Positions 1 to 8,809 of a stretch of 64,000 nucleotides of DNA are shown here, piece after piece (the first letter of the stretch is position 1; the number at the start of each line of letters is the position of its first letter). The stretch covers positions 64,502 through 128,501 of the forward strand of contig CAWJQI010000005.1 of NCBI GenBank assembly GCA_963845085.1, read 5' to 3'. The stretch is from Candidatus Fermentibacterota bacterium. Its GTDB lineage: Bacteria; Fermentibacterota; Fermentibacteria; Fermentibacterales; JCC-6. The notes below the pieces were generated by a model. That model ran no database searches. It saw only the letters and a program-made list of their open reading frames with translations, and was not told the origin of the DNA. The position numbers and the translations under genes were made by a program.

Positions 1-413
1 TTGTAGCCGACCCTGCGCGACATCGATTCGTTGTCGGTAATGCGGACGCTGTTGTCCACACCGAGGAAAATGTTGCGGAAGTCGGACATTTCGAGCTGCC
101 TGCTGCGGTCGAAGTCGGCGTAGAATGTGAAGCTTGAAGGCTCGGTGGTCTGGATGGGGTGCCATTCGTCGGCCGGGATGTCGGAGGAAACCAGGTAGCC
201 CGCCCAGATCACCTCGTCGGAAATCTGCTCAAGCGCGAGGCGGCCCGCGGTGGCCATCTCGTTCTGCCTTCTGCTGAAGTGGAACTGCTCCATGCCCTTG
301 GTGAAGAACAGGAACACCGCGGCGAAGATGACGCCCAGCACTCCTATCACTATCGTCAGTTCGATCAGGGACATGCCCCTGCGCCGGTTCGTTCCGATGT
401 TGCCAAGTATCAT
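1..413 (-). CDS. prepilin-type N-terminal domain protein (pseudopilin/minor pilin); 3' end lies outside the window
   Basis: Not in the ORF track because it runs off the window edge. Manual reverse translation from ATG (413-411) gives MILGNIGTNRRRGMSLIELTIVIGVLGVIFAAVFLFF..., which is a basic leader, a G|MSLIELT prepilin cleavage/methylation motif and a hydrophobic helix. Confidence 0.6.
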   Translation of the reverse strand, partial: MILGNIGTNRRRGMSLIELTIVIGVLGVIFAAVFLFFTKGMEQFHFSRRQNEMATAGRLALEQISDEVIWAGYLVSSDIPADEWHPIQTTEPSSFTFYADFDRSRQLEMSDFRNIFLGVDNSVRITDNESMSRRVGY

Positions 414-424
414 GTCTTCACCCC

Positions 425-793
425 CTAAAAGATGATGCTGAGGCTGGTGGATTCCGGCCCGTCCGGGCCGTCCCAGGTCACTTCGCACCTGACCAGCTTC
501 GCTGAGGGATACTCCGAGTACGGAGTCGATACGAAAATCTGTCTCTGGAAGCCTCCCGGAAGGGTCTCGACGTCTCCGGGGCCGTCAGGGAGCACAGTCA
601 CATCGATCGTGCGCATTTCCTCCAGCTTCTCCCTGCTGAACTGAAGGCCCTTGGTGAGCTGGTCCATCTCCTGCGCCCCCTGCACCATGTGCATGAAGAA
701 AACCGCAATGCCCGCTGTTATGATGGCGAGCAGGATGGATGCGATGATGACCTCAACAAGGGTAAAGCCCCCGCTTCCGCGGATCATTCTCAT
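425..793 (-). CDS. prepilin-type N-terminal cleavage/methylation domain protein (T2SS/T4P pseudopilin)
   Basis: N-terminus is MRMIRGSGGFTLVEVIIASILLAIITAG (G|FTLVE motif plus hydrophobic helix). The start overlaps the stop of the upstream pilin gene. Confidence 0.7.
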   Translation of the reverse strand: MRMIRGSGGFTLVEVIIASILLAIITAGIAVFFMHMVQGAQEMDQLTKGLQFSREKLEEMRTIDVTVLPDGPGDVETLPGGFQRQIFVSTPYSEYPSAKLVRCEVTWDGPDGPESTSLSIIF

Positions 794-1158
794 CTGTCTG
801 CCTCCTGAATGTTTGTGCTGAACTGTCTTACAAGCTCCACTGAAATCGAATCCCCTCTTGTAACCCTGACCGTCAGCAGGCGTGTGTCATCGCCGGACCA
901 GGCCAGGTCGGTTTCTACGGTGAATTGCCGACCCATCATTGAATCGACCCTTTCGGAAGAAAAAGGTTCGGGGAGGGGGTAGGTGTCTTCGATGGCACCC
1001 ATCTCCAGCACCGCCAGCGTGAGAGCGTCCTGACGAAGCCCGAGGTTGCTGCTCCCCCTGAAGAAGTATTTGAGCGCCATCGCGAGCACACCGACCACAA
1101 GAACGATGACCGCGGTGGCCACTATCACTTCAACGATCGTGAAGGCGCGCCTGTTCAT
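790..1158 (-). CDS. prepilin-type N-terminal domain protein (pseudopilin)
   Basis: N-terminus is MNRRAFTIVEVIVATAVIVLVVG (AFTIVE methylation motif). It overlaps both neighbouring genes by 4 nt. Confidence 0.7.
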   Translation of the reverse strand: MNRRAFTIVEVIVATAVIVLVVGVLAMALKYFFRGSSNLGLRQDALTLAVLEMGAIEDTYPLPEPFSSERVDSMMGRQFTVETDLAWSGDDTRLLTVRVTRGDSISVELVRQFSTNIQEADR

Positions 1159-2567
1159 TGGCCTGCAGGCCTCTCGCGTTCGGAAAACACGCGCCAGCCG
1201 TTCGAGGCGTTGTAGACAAGCAGGCGGTAGCCGCCAGCCTTTCCGAAATCCTCGAGCGAGCTGTGAACCGAAAGGAGCTGTGCGAGGCCGTCGCCGGCGA
1301 GCGGGTTGTAGACCGCCTCGATCCTGCCGCCCTCTCTTGATGCAAAGAGGTCAGGGTCGGAACCGTCCGCATCGCCCCAGGTTATCTCCCCGTCGTCGAG
1401 CAGGACGGTTTCAAAACCTCCCGAGAGCGATGCCAGTATTACGGAGTCCCCTGAAATCCCGGCGACCGCGGTCCTCCCGCCGTAAAACCTGCCCGACCAC
1501 GGTGTTTCGAGAGCTCCCGACGGCTGGAATACACCGAAGCCGTCGTGGTTGAGCCTGGTCCAGACCGTCCCGCCTCCCGGAAGTGACCAGCGCGCTCCCA
1601 GGCCGAGGCTTCCATCGACCGAACCATATGCGGCAAGGGCCGCATCGGGTGAGGGCGAAGCTGAATAAAGCCCGGTTGCCGTCGAGCAGAAAAGGCTTCT
1701 CGGGCCGGCCCAGGCTATGTCTTCCCGGCCGTCGCGGTTGAAATCTCCGAAGAACGCTTCCCGTATCTCCGGTGCGAGTGTGAATACGTCCGGGTCAACG
1801 GGGCTTCCGAAAACAGCGCCGTCAGGGGTTACCACGGGACAGGTCCCGGCGTGCGAAACCACGCTTTGAACCGCGCCTGTGGCAATGTCGACGATCGTTC
1901 CAAGATTGCTGCCGTTGCTGACCGCGAGAATGGGGTCATCGCCGGACAACCCGAAGGTGAGCACTGAAGATGGGCTCAGCCCGTTTATCACCGTGTCGAT
2001 GGTGTGAACCACTCCCTCGCGGGTCACCACAACCACTTTTTGCGTATCGGAGGAGTTGAAAAGAAGCAATGCGGCATCACGGCCATCCCAGCTCGCAGGG
2101 CAGGCACCGGCAAGTTCCCCGGACAACCCGAGACGGAAGGATCCAACCTTTTCTTCACCGGCTCCGAAAAAGACCGACACCGTGCATCCGTCTTCCGGTG
2201 TAATGGCAAACATGTGGTGGCCGGATGGCACGACAGCGGGAACCGAGCTTCCGCCGAGTTGAAAGGCCGAACGCCTCGGCCCTATGGGTTCCATTCCGGT
2301 CACGGTGAAAACCGTGGTCACACCGGCAAGTTCATAACTGTGCGTGCTGCCCGTTTCAAGTGGACCGCTTTCGGATACGGCTTCAACCAGCCGTTCGAGG
2401 GCGCTGGCTTCGGAGAGGTCGACCTGTATTGCGCGCTCTCTCCGGAGCTGGGCGGATATCATGCTGTCCATCAGGGTGAACAGGATTCCCACAGCGAGCA
2501 TCACGATAAGGGCTGCCGCAAGGGCGATCAGTATCGCAGCACCCCGGGCACGTGAAAAACGGGTCAT
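1155..2567 (-). CDS. GspK/PilX-like membrane-anchored pseudopilin with FG-GAP/VCBS-like repeats
   Basis: MTRFSRARGAAILIALAAALIVMLAVG resembles the GspK-type N-terminal anchor. FG-GAP-like motifs are present (FFGDFNRDGREDIAWAG, WGDADGSDPDLFA). I prefer the ATG at 2567, which has AAAGGA 9 nt upstream, over the track start at 2597. Confidence 0.5.
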   Translation of the reverse strand: MTRFSRARGAAILIALAAALIVMLAVGILFTLMDSMISAQLRRERAIQVDLSEASALERLVEAVSESGPLETGSTHSYELAGVTTVFTVTGMEPIGPRRSAFQLGGSSVPAVVPSGHHMFAITPEDGCTVSVFFGAGEEKVGSFRLGLSGELAGACPASWDGRDAALLLFNSSDTQKVVVVTREGVVHTIDTVINGLSPSSVLTFGLSGDDPILAVSNGSNLGTIVDIATGAVQSVVSHAGTCPVVTPDGAVFGSPVDPDVFTLAPEIREAFFGDFNRDGREDIAWAGPRSLFCSTATGLYSASPSPDAALAAYGSVDGSLGLGARWSLPGGGTVWTRLNHDGFGVFQPSGALETPWSGRFYGGRTAVAGISGDSVILASLSGGFETVLLDDGEITWGDADGSDPDLFASREGGRIEAVYNPLAGDGLAQLLSVHSSLEDFGKAGGYRLLVYNASNGWRVFSERERPAGQ

Positions 2568-2700
2568 CGGCACATCCTTTCCGCAGGCCACGCCCATTAT
2601 GAAGCAAAAAGGATGCCAGACAGCAATAGCTATTTATTACAGATACAATGAATAGATATTGACAAATGCCTTGCCCGACTATGAAAGCCGTCATCACAAT

Positions 2701-2716
2701 GTGAAACGTGTTTCAC
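2701..2716. promoter_or_regulatory. 7-bp inverted repeat GTGAAAC-GT-GTTTCAC in the intergenic region upstream of the pseudopilin operon
   Basis: The perfect palindrome was read directly from the sequence. It lies between the dprA stop (2771) and the pilin operon start. The 2-nt spacer is too short for a hairpin loop, so a protein-binding site is more likely. Confidence 0.25.
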
Positions 2717-2770
2717 GTTCCGGAGTAAAGGCCTCCGGGACGGCGCACGGCCAGTCCCCGCAACTCGAGT

Positions 2771-3670
2771 TCAAGAAGGCGCGCCGCAGCCTCGGGCACG
2801 GTGCACCCGAGAACCCCGGCAAGTCTCCTCGGGCGTTGCTTCCCGCACCCTCAGGAGGGCAAGGAGAGGATCGTCGCACGGGGCTTCGCAGCTCGTGGAG
2901 ACCTCGATGCCCATGGCCCTGAGTATGTCCGCGGTCTCCAGAACAATCCCTGCTCCGTCGCGGATCAGCCTGTTGCTCCCGATCGCCGACGACTTCGTGA
3001 TCTCTCCGGGAACGGCAAGCACCTCGCGCCCCTGGTCAAGAGCCGTTCCGACCGTGATCATCGTTCCGCTCTTCTCACCGGCCTCGACGACCACGACCGC
3101 CTTCGCAAGCCCGCTTATCAGCCTGTTCCTTTCGGGAAACGTGTGTCTGGCAGGCTCCGCGCCCGGCGGGTACTCGCTTGTCAGACAACCCCTCTCGGCG
3201 ATGACGCCGGAAAGCCTTGCATGCTCGGGGGGGTAGACGATGTCCAGCCCGTTCCCCAGAACGGCGACCGTCACCCCTCCCCCGTCCATCGCGCCCTGGT
3301 GGGCTTCGGCATCGATGCCCCTGGCCAGGCCGCTTACAACGGCAACCCCCGACTCGGCAAGTTCACGCGCAAGAAGGCGGGCGGTCCGTCTGCCGTACAT
3401 CGAACACCTTCTTGAACCGATCACGGCGGCGACTGGCGGAAGCTCAGCGAGGCAGACCCTCCCCCTCTGATAAAGGACAGCGGGTGGATCGGGGATCTGG
3501 GAAAGGGTGTCGGGGTAACCATCCCCTCCGAACCAGACAGCCGAGATCTCAAGCTTCGAGCACGTCTCAACGGCTTTATCAAGTATGGATGGGTGCGGCC
3601 CGGCTGACAGGGCGGCGGTCTCTGCGGGGCCGCAGCCGGCAAGCAGCCTTCTCAGTTCACGACGGTTCAC
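2771..3670 (-). CDS. dprA: DNA processing protein DprA/Smf
   Basis: GLARGIDAEAHQGAMDGGG...VLGNGLDIVYPPEH...FPERNRLISGLAKAVVVVEAGEKSGTMITV is the typical DprA Rossmann-fold core. Confidence 0.85.
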   Translation of the reverse strand: MNRRELRRLLAGCGPAETAALSAGPHPSILDKAVETCSKLEISAVWFGGDGYPDTLSQIPDPPAVLYQRGRVCLAELPPVAAVIGSRRCSMYGRRTARLLARELAESGVAVVSGLARGIDAEAHQGAMDGGGVTVAVLGNGLDIVYPPEHARLSGVIAERGCLTSEYPPGAEPARHTFPERNRLISGLAKAVVVVEAGEKSGTMITVGTALDQGREVLAVPGEITKSSAIGSNRLIRDGAGIVLETADILRAMGIEVSTSCEAPCDDPLLALLRVREATPEETCRGSRVHRARGCGAPS

Positions 3671-3702
3671 CGGGCTTCCAAGGGAGATTGAGAGCAGGGC
3701 CC

Positions 3703-4695
3703 TCAGTTCCTCAGTGCCCGCACCCTTGCGGCAACCGATGCCAGAAATGCCTTCACCCCCGCCCCGGTCGCGGCGCTGAGGGCCATCGCCCCCTCTGGAA
3801 GCGTCTTCAATGTCTTTTCAAGCTCACCCGCCTCGAGAAGGTCGGATTTTGACAGCACGACAAGCCCCTGTGTGTTCTCGAAACCGCCGTACTCCCGAAG
3901 CTCGTTTCCGAGTGCCTCGAGCTGTTCGGCGGGGGAAAGCACGAGATCGGGCGACAGCACGAAGACGAGAAGCCGGTTGCGCTCGGCGTGGCGAAGGAAG
4001 CGGAAACCGAGCCCAATCCCCTTCGCGGCTCCGGTGATGAGTCCGGGAAGATCAGCGATGACGAAGCTTTCACCTGTTCCGGTCTTCACCACGCCGAGTG
4101 CGGGATGAAGCGTGGTGAAGGGATAATCCCCCACCTTCGGCCTGGCGGCGCTCACCGCCCTGACAAGTGTTGATTTCCCGGCATTCGGAAAACCGACAAG
4201 CCCGGCATCCGCCATAAGCTTGAGTTCAAGCCTGATCTGCAGTTCGCGCCCGGGGCTTCCTGTCGTGAACTGCCTCGGTGTGCGGTTTCTCGATGTGGCG
4301 AATGCGGCGTTGCCGCGTCCGTGGGCACCGCCCCTGGCGACAAGAAAGCTCTCACGGTTTTCGGTCAGGTCGGCAAGGAGTTCGCCGGTCTGGTTGTCGT
4401 ACACCTGGGTTCCGGGCGGGATCGCAAGGACAAGGTCCTTCCCCCCTGCGCCCGTGCAGTTGGAGGAACCGCCCTGCTCTCCGTTCTGAGCCCGGAACAC
4501 GGTGCCACCAACGAAATCCACCAGTGTGGCGAGTTTGTCGTCAACGACCAGATAGACGCTTCCGCCGTCCCCGCCGTCACCCCCGGAAGGTCCGCCCTTT
4601 GGGACCATGGCCTCCCTGCGGAAGGCCACGATTCCGTTGCCGCCCTTGCCGGCCCGGACATTGATGACAACCCTGTCTATGAATCTGCCGTCCAA
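3703..4695 (-). CDS. obg: GTPase Obg/CgtA
   Basis: The N-terminal Obg fold (FIDRVVINVRAGKGGNGIVAFRREAMVPKGGPSGGDGGDGGSVY) is followed by a G domain (GFPNAGKSTL, DLPGLI, SKSD). Confidence 0.95.
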   Translation of the reverse strand: MDGRFIDRVVINVRAGKGGNGIVAFRREAMVPKGGPSGGDGGDGGSVYLVVDDKLATLVDFVGGTVFRAQNGEQGGSSNCTGAGGKDLVLAIPPGTQVYDNQTGELLADLTENRESFLVARGGAHGRGNAAFATSRNRTPRQFTTGSPGRELQIRLELKLMADAGLVGFPNAGKSTLVRAVSAARPKVGDYPFTTLHPALGVVKTGTGESFVIADLPGLITGAAKGIGLGFRFLRHAERNRLLVFVLSPDLVLSPAEQLEALGNELREYGGFENTQGLVVLSKSDLLEAGELEKTLKTLPEGAMALSAATGAGVKAFLASVAARVRALRN

Positions 4696-4713
4696 GGAAC
4701 CCCCCCGGCAGGG

Positions 4714-6279
4714 CTACTGCGAATAGCGCTGAACCCTGTCTATTTTCTCCTCACAGAGGCTTATGGCGTTCCTCGCGGCGGCAACCATGGTCTGAGCCTG
4801 CCCGGCCCTGTAGCCCGTCACCTGGTTCAGCGTGCCGATCGCTGCGTTGAGGTCGCTGATGGCTGCTTCCCAGGTGGGTATGTTGGCGGAAATGAGCTCG
4901 GAAACCTGGGCCCTGCTCACACCGCTCTGGTAGTAGAATGAACCCACCATGTAGTTGGCGGTGGGGTCGCCCGGATACGCGTTCTGAAGCCTGTTGAAAA
5001 CCGCCTGCATCGACGACCGCTGGCCGCTGTCACGGTACACCGTGGCGAGAATGAGGTAAGCCTCGCGGTTTCCCGTTGAGCTGATTATTCCCTCAAGCCT
5101 GGTCACCGCGGCGGATGTTCTGCCGGCTTTTGCCTCGAGCTGGGCCGCGTAGAGGGCTGTCTGCTCGTCATAGTTGTTGTCGAGAATGATGCCGATGTTG
5201 TCTGCGGCGTCACCGAAACTGCCCATCTCCTCCTGTGACATTGCCAGCCTGAGCCGGATGTTGTCCCACTCGGGATGAACCTGCAGAATGGCCTGCATGT
5301 GGGGAACCGCACTGGCGTGGTCACCCGTCTGTGCGTAAAGAAGACCGAGGGCGTACCTGGCCTGAAGGTTCTGGGGGTTCGCCGTGATTGCGCTCTCAAA
5401 GCTCGCGATCGCCTCGTCAACCATTCCCATGGAGTTGAAGGCGGACGCCAGACCTGCGTAAGCAGTGGCATTGTCAGGGTCGGCGGCAATGGCCTGTTCA
5501 AAGTAGGTCTTGGCATTCTCGTACTGCTGCCTCCGGATTGCGATCTCACCCAGCCCCGCGAGGGCTTCCGAGTTCTGCGGGTTCTGCGAGAGAAGGCCGT
5601 TGTAAATGGATTCGGCCTGGGAGATCGAATCGACCGCGCTCAGGAGGTAAATGTCGGCGAGGTTCAGCATCGCCTCGAGATGACCAGGGTCGACCTCGAG
5701 CACCTGCTTGTACGTCATGATCGCCATGGGCCAGTTCTCAACACTGGCATGGTATCTGGCCATGTTGTAGGCCTCTTCCACCCTGCCGCCGATCTGGCCG
5801 CTGATGGCATCAACGATTGACCGTGCGAGATCCTGCACCGGCCCCGTGTTCTTCTGCACCATTGACGGCGCCGGGCTGATCGTGTTGCCGCTCGAAACGA
5901 CCATGATGGTCCAGATCACCTGGTAGTCAACACCACCGGTGGGGGCCACGAACCCGAAAATGATGAGGTCTGCGCCCATCGCCGCGCCCGCTGTGGGAAC
6001 GAACTCGGGCGGAACGCCGTATCGGAAACCCGATGGATCGAAACCGGCGTCTTCGAAAGCATCCTCGAGATCCCCCTGGGGCACGACGCTGTATTCAGGG
6101 TTCTCTTCGAGGGCGGACCGGATGAAGCCAAGAAGTTTCTCGCTGATCCAGCGCGAATTGTCGTCGCTGTTGCCGAACGGGATTACGCCGACAGTCGAGC
6201 TGCCGCCTGTCCCGCTTGCGACAGCAGTGGAACATGCCGTCACGAAAATGAAGAGCAATACTGCAGAGAGCCTTGTCAT
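4714..6279 (-). CDS. TPR-repeat lipoprotein
   Basis: Lipoprotein signal (LLFIFVTACST). Multiple TPR-like units (YENAKTYFEQAIAADPDNATAYAGLASAF, AIASFESAITANPQNLQARYALGLLY). Confidence 0.75.
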   Translation of the reverse strand: MTRLSAVLLFIFVTACSTAVASGTGGSSTVGVIPFGNSDDNSRWISEKLLGFIRSALEENPEYSVVPQGDLEDAFEDAGFDPSGFRYGVPPEFVPTAGAAMGADLIIFGFVAPTGGVDYQVIWTIMVVSSGNTISPAPSMVQKNTGPVQDLARSIVDAISGQIGGRVEEAYNMARYHASVENWPMAIMTYKQVLEVDPGHLEAMLNLADIYLLSAVDSISQAESIYNGLLSQNPQNSEALAGLGEIAIRRQQYENAKTYFEQAIAADPDNATAYAGLASAFNSMGMVDEAIASFESAITANPQNLQARYALGLLYAQTGDHASAVPHMQAILQVHPEWDNIRLRLAMSQEEMGSFGDAADNIGIILDNNYDEQTALYAAQLEAKAGRTSAAVTRLEGIISSTGNREAYLILATVYRDSGQRSSMQAVFNRLQNAYPGDPTANYMVGSFYYQSGVSRAQVSELISANIPTWEAAISDLNAAIGTLNQVTGYRAGQAQTMVAAARNAISLCEEKIDRVQRYSQ

Positions 6280-6932
6280 GCCGGTCTCCTTCCGGAGTGT
6301 GGGTAAGGTTTGGCATCGATGGAAACGGATGCGCGAATATCACGCCTGCAGCCGCAAGGCGCAAGCCAGATACGGTTTCTGAGGGTGGTGCCGTTCCGTC
6401 GATGGCTGTGAAAGCCGGGACCGCACAGGGTGCAGCGGTCAACTGAATAAAGAAGCGTGCAGGGGGAGAAAAAGGCGGCGGCGGCCAGCCTGAGGTCAAG
6501 CCTGCCCGGAAGATGGCCGCAATCATCACTGCCGGTGATCTGTGACCTTACGTCATCCCCGACTGTATAGCACTCCCCGCAGATACACGGGCCAAACACC
6601 GCGACAGAGGGCTGCCCTCCCCCCGCCTTGATGAGGGCATCCAGAATGCCCGCTGCAAGGCCTCTCCAACCAACGTGAGCGCACCCAACGGTTTCCTCCC
6701 ACAGCACAAAAACGGGCAGGCAGTCGGCGGTGAGCATTCCGGGGTACAGTGTGCCTTTCCGAGGAAGGATCATTCCGTCAGCCCCGGAACCGGGTTCCGG
6801 GTTTGCAAGGACAACCGAACCGTGGAGCTGGCGGAGAAACACGGCACCCGGACAGGATTCTGCAGGCGGTGAAGCAACCCCCGCCATGCAGAGCGCCGTT
6901 CCGGTCCCCGGAATTTCCGCCGTTTCGATCAT
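6276..6932 (-). CDS. pgeF: peptidoglycan editing factor PgeF / YfiH (DUF152 laccase-domain) family
   Basis: TADCLPVFV...CAHVGWRGLAAGILDA...CICGECYTVG...FHSHRR matches the conserved His/Cys motifs of the YfiH family. Confidence 0.8.
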   Translation of the reverse strand: MIETAEIPGTGTALCMAGVASPPAESCPGAVFLRQLHGSVVLANPEPGSGADGMILPRKGTLYPGMLTADCLPVFVLWEETVGCAHVGWRGLAAGILDALIKAGGGQPSVAVFGPCICGECYTVGDDVRSQITGSDDCGHLPGRLDLRLAAAAFFSPCTLLYSVDRCTLCGPGFHSHRRNGTTLRNRIWLAPCGCRRDIRASVSIDAKPYPHSGRRPA

Positions 6933-8809
6933 TTCAACTCCTTTAAACCAGATACACCGGGAGGGACGGCATGTTCCGCGGCAAAGGCATAGGCCTCTTC
7001 GAGTGAGGTCCTGCGGAATGGGGGAAGGCTGGCCAAAAGCGTTTTTCCGTATCCGGACCTCTGAAGGTTCCCATCGAGAAGGACAAGGACCCCGGTGTCG
7101 GTCATTGAGCGTATCAGCCTGCCGGCGCCCTGACGAAGCCTGATCGCCGCCATGGGAAGCATCAGTTCCATGAAGGAACTCTCCCCCCTCGATTCGAGGT
7201 GGCTGATCCTCGCACGCATCAGCGGATGCCCGGGCGAGGGAAACGGGATCCTGTCAATTACAAGCCCCTGGAGAAGATCGCCCGCAAGGTCGATCCCCTC
7301 CCAGAAGCTTCTGGTACCAAGGATCACAGCACCCGGATCGCTCCGGAAACTGTCAAGGATGGCTGACCGTGACATCTGCCCCTGTGCGAGCACCCTGACC
7401 CCGGGAACCGGATTAAGAAATGACGCAGCAAGTGTGAGTTCAAGGTTTCTGTAGCTTGTGAAAAGCGCCATCGTTCTCCCGCCCAGAATGCGGGCGAGAC
7501 CGGAGGCCACCTGCCAGGCCAGTTCCGACAGCGCCTGATGATCGTCCCTGGCGGGCAGTTCCTCCGGAAACGCAAGCAGGGCCTGGTTCTGGTAGTCAAA
7601 CGGGCTTGGAAAGACCTCGGAATAGGATTCCGCGGGAACCCCAAGCCTTCCGGAGTAGTAGCCGAAGTCACCAGCCACCGACAGTGTGGCACTTGTGAGC
7701 ACCGAAGCAGGGAACGACTCCCACACAAGGCCGGCCAGCGCAGGTCCCGGTTCCAGGGGAACGCCCTTGAGGACCCTTTGTTTCCCGGCCTCCTCGGTGA
7801 ACACGCACCAGTCCCTTCCCTCCAGCTCGGCAATCCTTCCCGCCGACTCGCCCAGAGCGGCGGCCGCCTGCGCGCCCCCCGCCGTGTCATCCCGCCCCGA
7901 AAGCCCCTCCTTCAGGGAATCGCACAGCTCCATAAGGGAGTCAAGTTCGGGAAGCATGCGTGCGAGAGGGTAATCCTCCCCCTCCGGGACTTTCGCCGAC
8001 AGGATCGAGATGACTGCTGCCGCACTCCTGACCATCCCCAGAAGCTCTTCCTTCTTCCCGATGGGAAGCTGGCTCCGGGTTATCGCGTCTATCACGGGAT
8101 CGAGCATGGGAACAGAAACGACAACGCCGAGGCACTGACCTGCCGCCTCGGCGAGCTGATGGGCTTCGTCAACAACAAGAAGCCCGGCTTCCGGAATCAG
8201 GTCACCCGATGCGAGGCCGCAGAGCAGCAGATGGTGGTTCAACACCATGACGGCCGCTTTCCTTGCGGCGTTTCTGGCGCGGAAGTAGAAACACTCTGAA
8301 AAATGCATGCACTGGGTTCCCAGACAGTCAAGGCTGTCGCACGAGAGCCCGGGTCTTAGGGATGCCGGGATCTCCATCGGGGCATTGCCGAGATCGCCGT
8401 CCTGGGTCTCCCCGGCCCAATTCAAAAGCCAGCGGGGAGCTTCGCCCCCGGTCAGCCCCCATTTGCGGAGACAGAGGTAGTTGCCCCTTCCCTTCAGCAG
8501 AGCCGCATCGACAGGAGCGCCAACCATTCGCGCCACCGCCGGAATGTCCTTGAGAAGCAGCTGGTCCTGAAGGGCTATCGTCGCTGTGGAAACCACGCAC
8601 TTCCTGCCCGAAAGCACTGCGGGCAGCAGGTAGGCGAGGCTCTTTCCAACTCCCGTTCCCGCCTCGAGAAGGGCTGTCCCCCCCCATTCAAGGGTTTCTG
8701 CCACCTTGACGGACAGCTCGACCTGGGACTTGCGACGCATGAAACCGGGAACGGCCAGCAGCGCCGACGGACTGTCAAAGGCTTCGACAACCCTTTCGGA
8801 AAGGGTCAA
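6929..8809 (-). CDS. dinG: ATP-dependent DNA helicase, DinG/XPD (Rad3-related) family
   Basis: Walker A (EAGTGVGKSLAYLLP), DEAH box (VVDEAHQL), a four-Cys Fe-S-like insert (CDSLDCLGTQCMHFSEC), and C-terminal helicase motifs (FWEGIDL, RLRQGAGRLIR). Confidence 0.8.
   Translation of the reverse strand: MTLSERVVEAFDSPSALLAVPGFMRRKSQVELSVKVAETLEWGGTALLEAGTGVGKSLAYLLPAVLSGRKCVVSTATIALQDQLLLKDIPAVARMVGAPVDAALLKGRGNYLCLRKWGLTGGEAPRWLLNWAGETQDGDLGNAPMEIPASLRPGLSCDSLDCLGTQCMHFSECFYFRARNAARKAAVMVLNHHLLLCGLASGDLIPEAGLLVVDEAHQLAEAAGQCLGVVVSVPMLDPVIDAITRSQLPIGKKEELLGMVRSAAAVISILSAKVPEGEDYPLARMLPELDSLMELCDSLKEGLSGRDDTAGGAQAAAALGESAGRIAELEGRDWCVFTEEAGKQRVLKGVPLEPGPALAGLVWESFPASVLTSATLSVAGDFGYYSGRLGVPAESYSEVFPSPFDYQNQALLAFPEELPARDDHQALSELAWQVASGLARILGGRTMALFTSYRNLELTLAASFLNPVPGVRVLAQGQMSRSAILDSFRSDPGAVILGTRSFWEGIDLAGDLLQGLVIDRIPFPSPGHPLMRARISHLESRGESSFMELMLPMAAIRLRQGAGRLIRSMTDTGVLVLLDGNLQRSGYGKTLLASLPPFRRTSLEEAYAFAAEHAVPPGVSGLKELK

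Noticed and set aside
2655-2690. A plus-strand TTGACA box (atattgacaaatgcc) that resembles the start of the rpsT promoter (atattgacaaatggg).
   Set aside because: No acceptable -10 lies at 16-18 nt, and there is no plus-strand gene downstream. It would only drive antisense transcription into dprA. The resemblance covers about 13 nt and may be coincidental.
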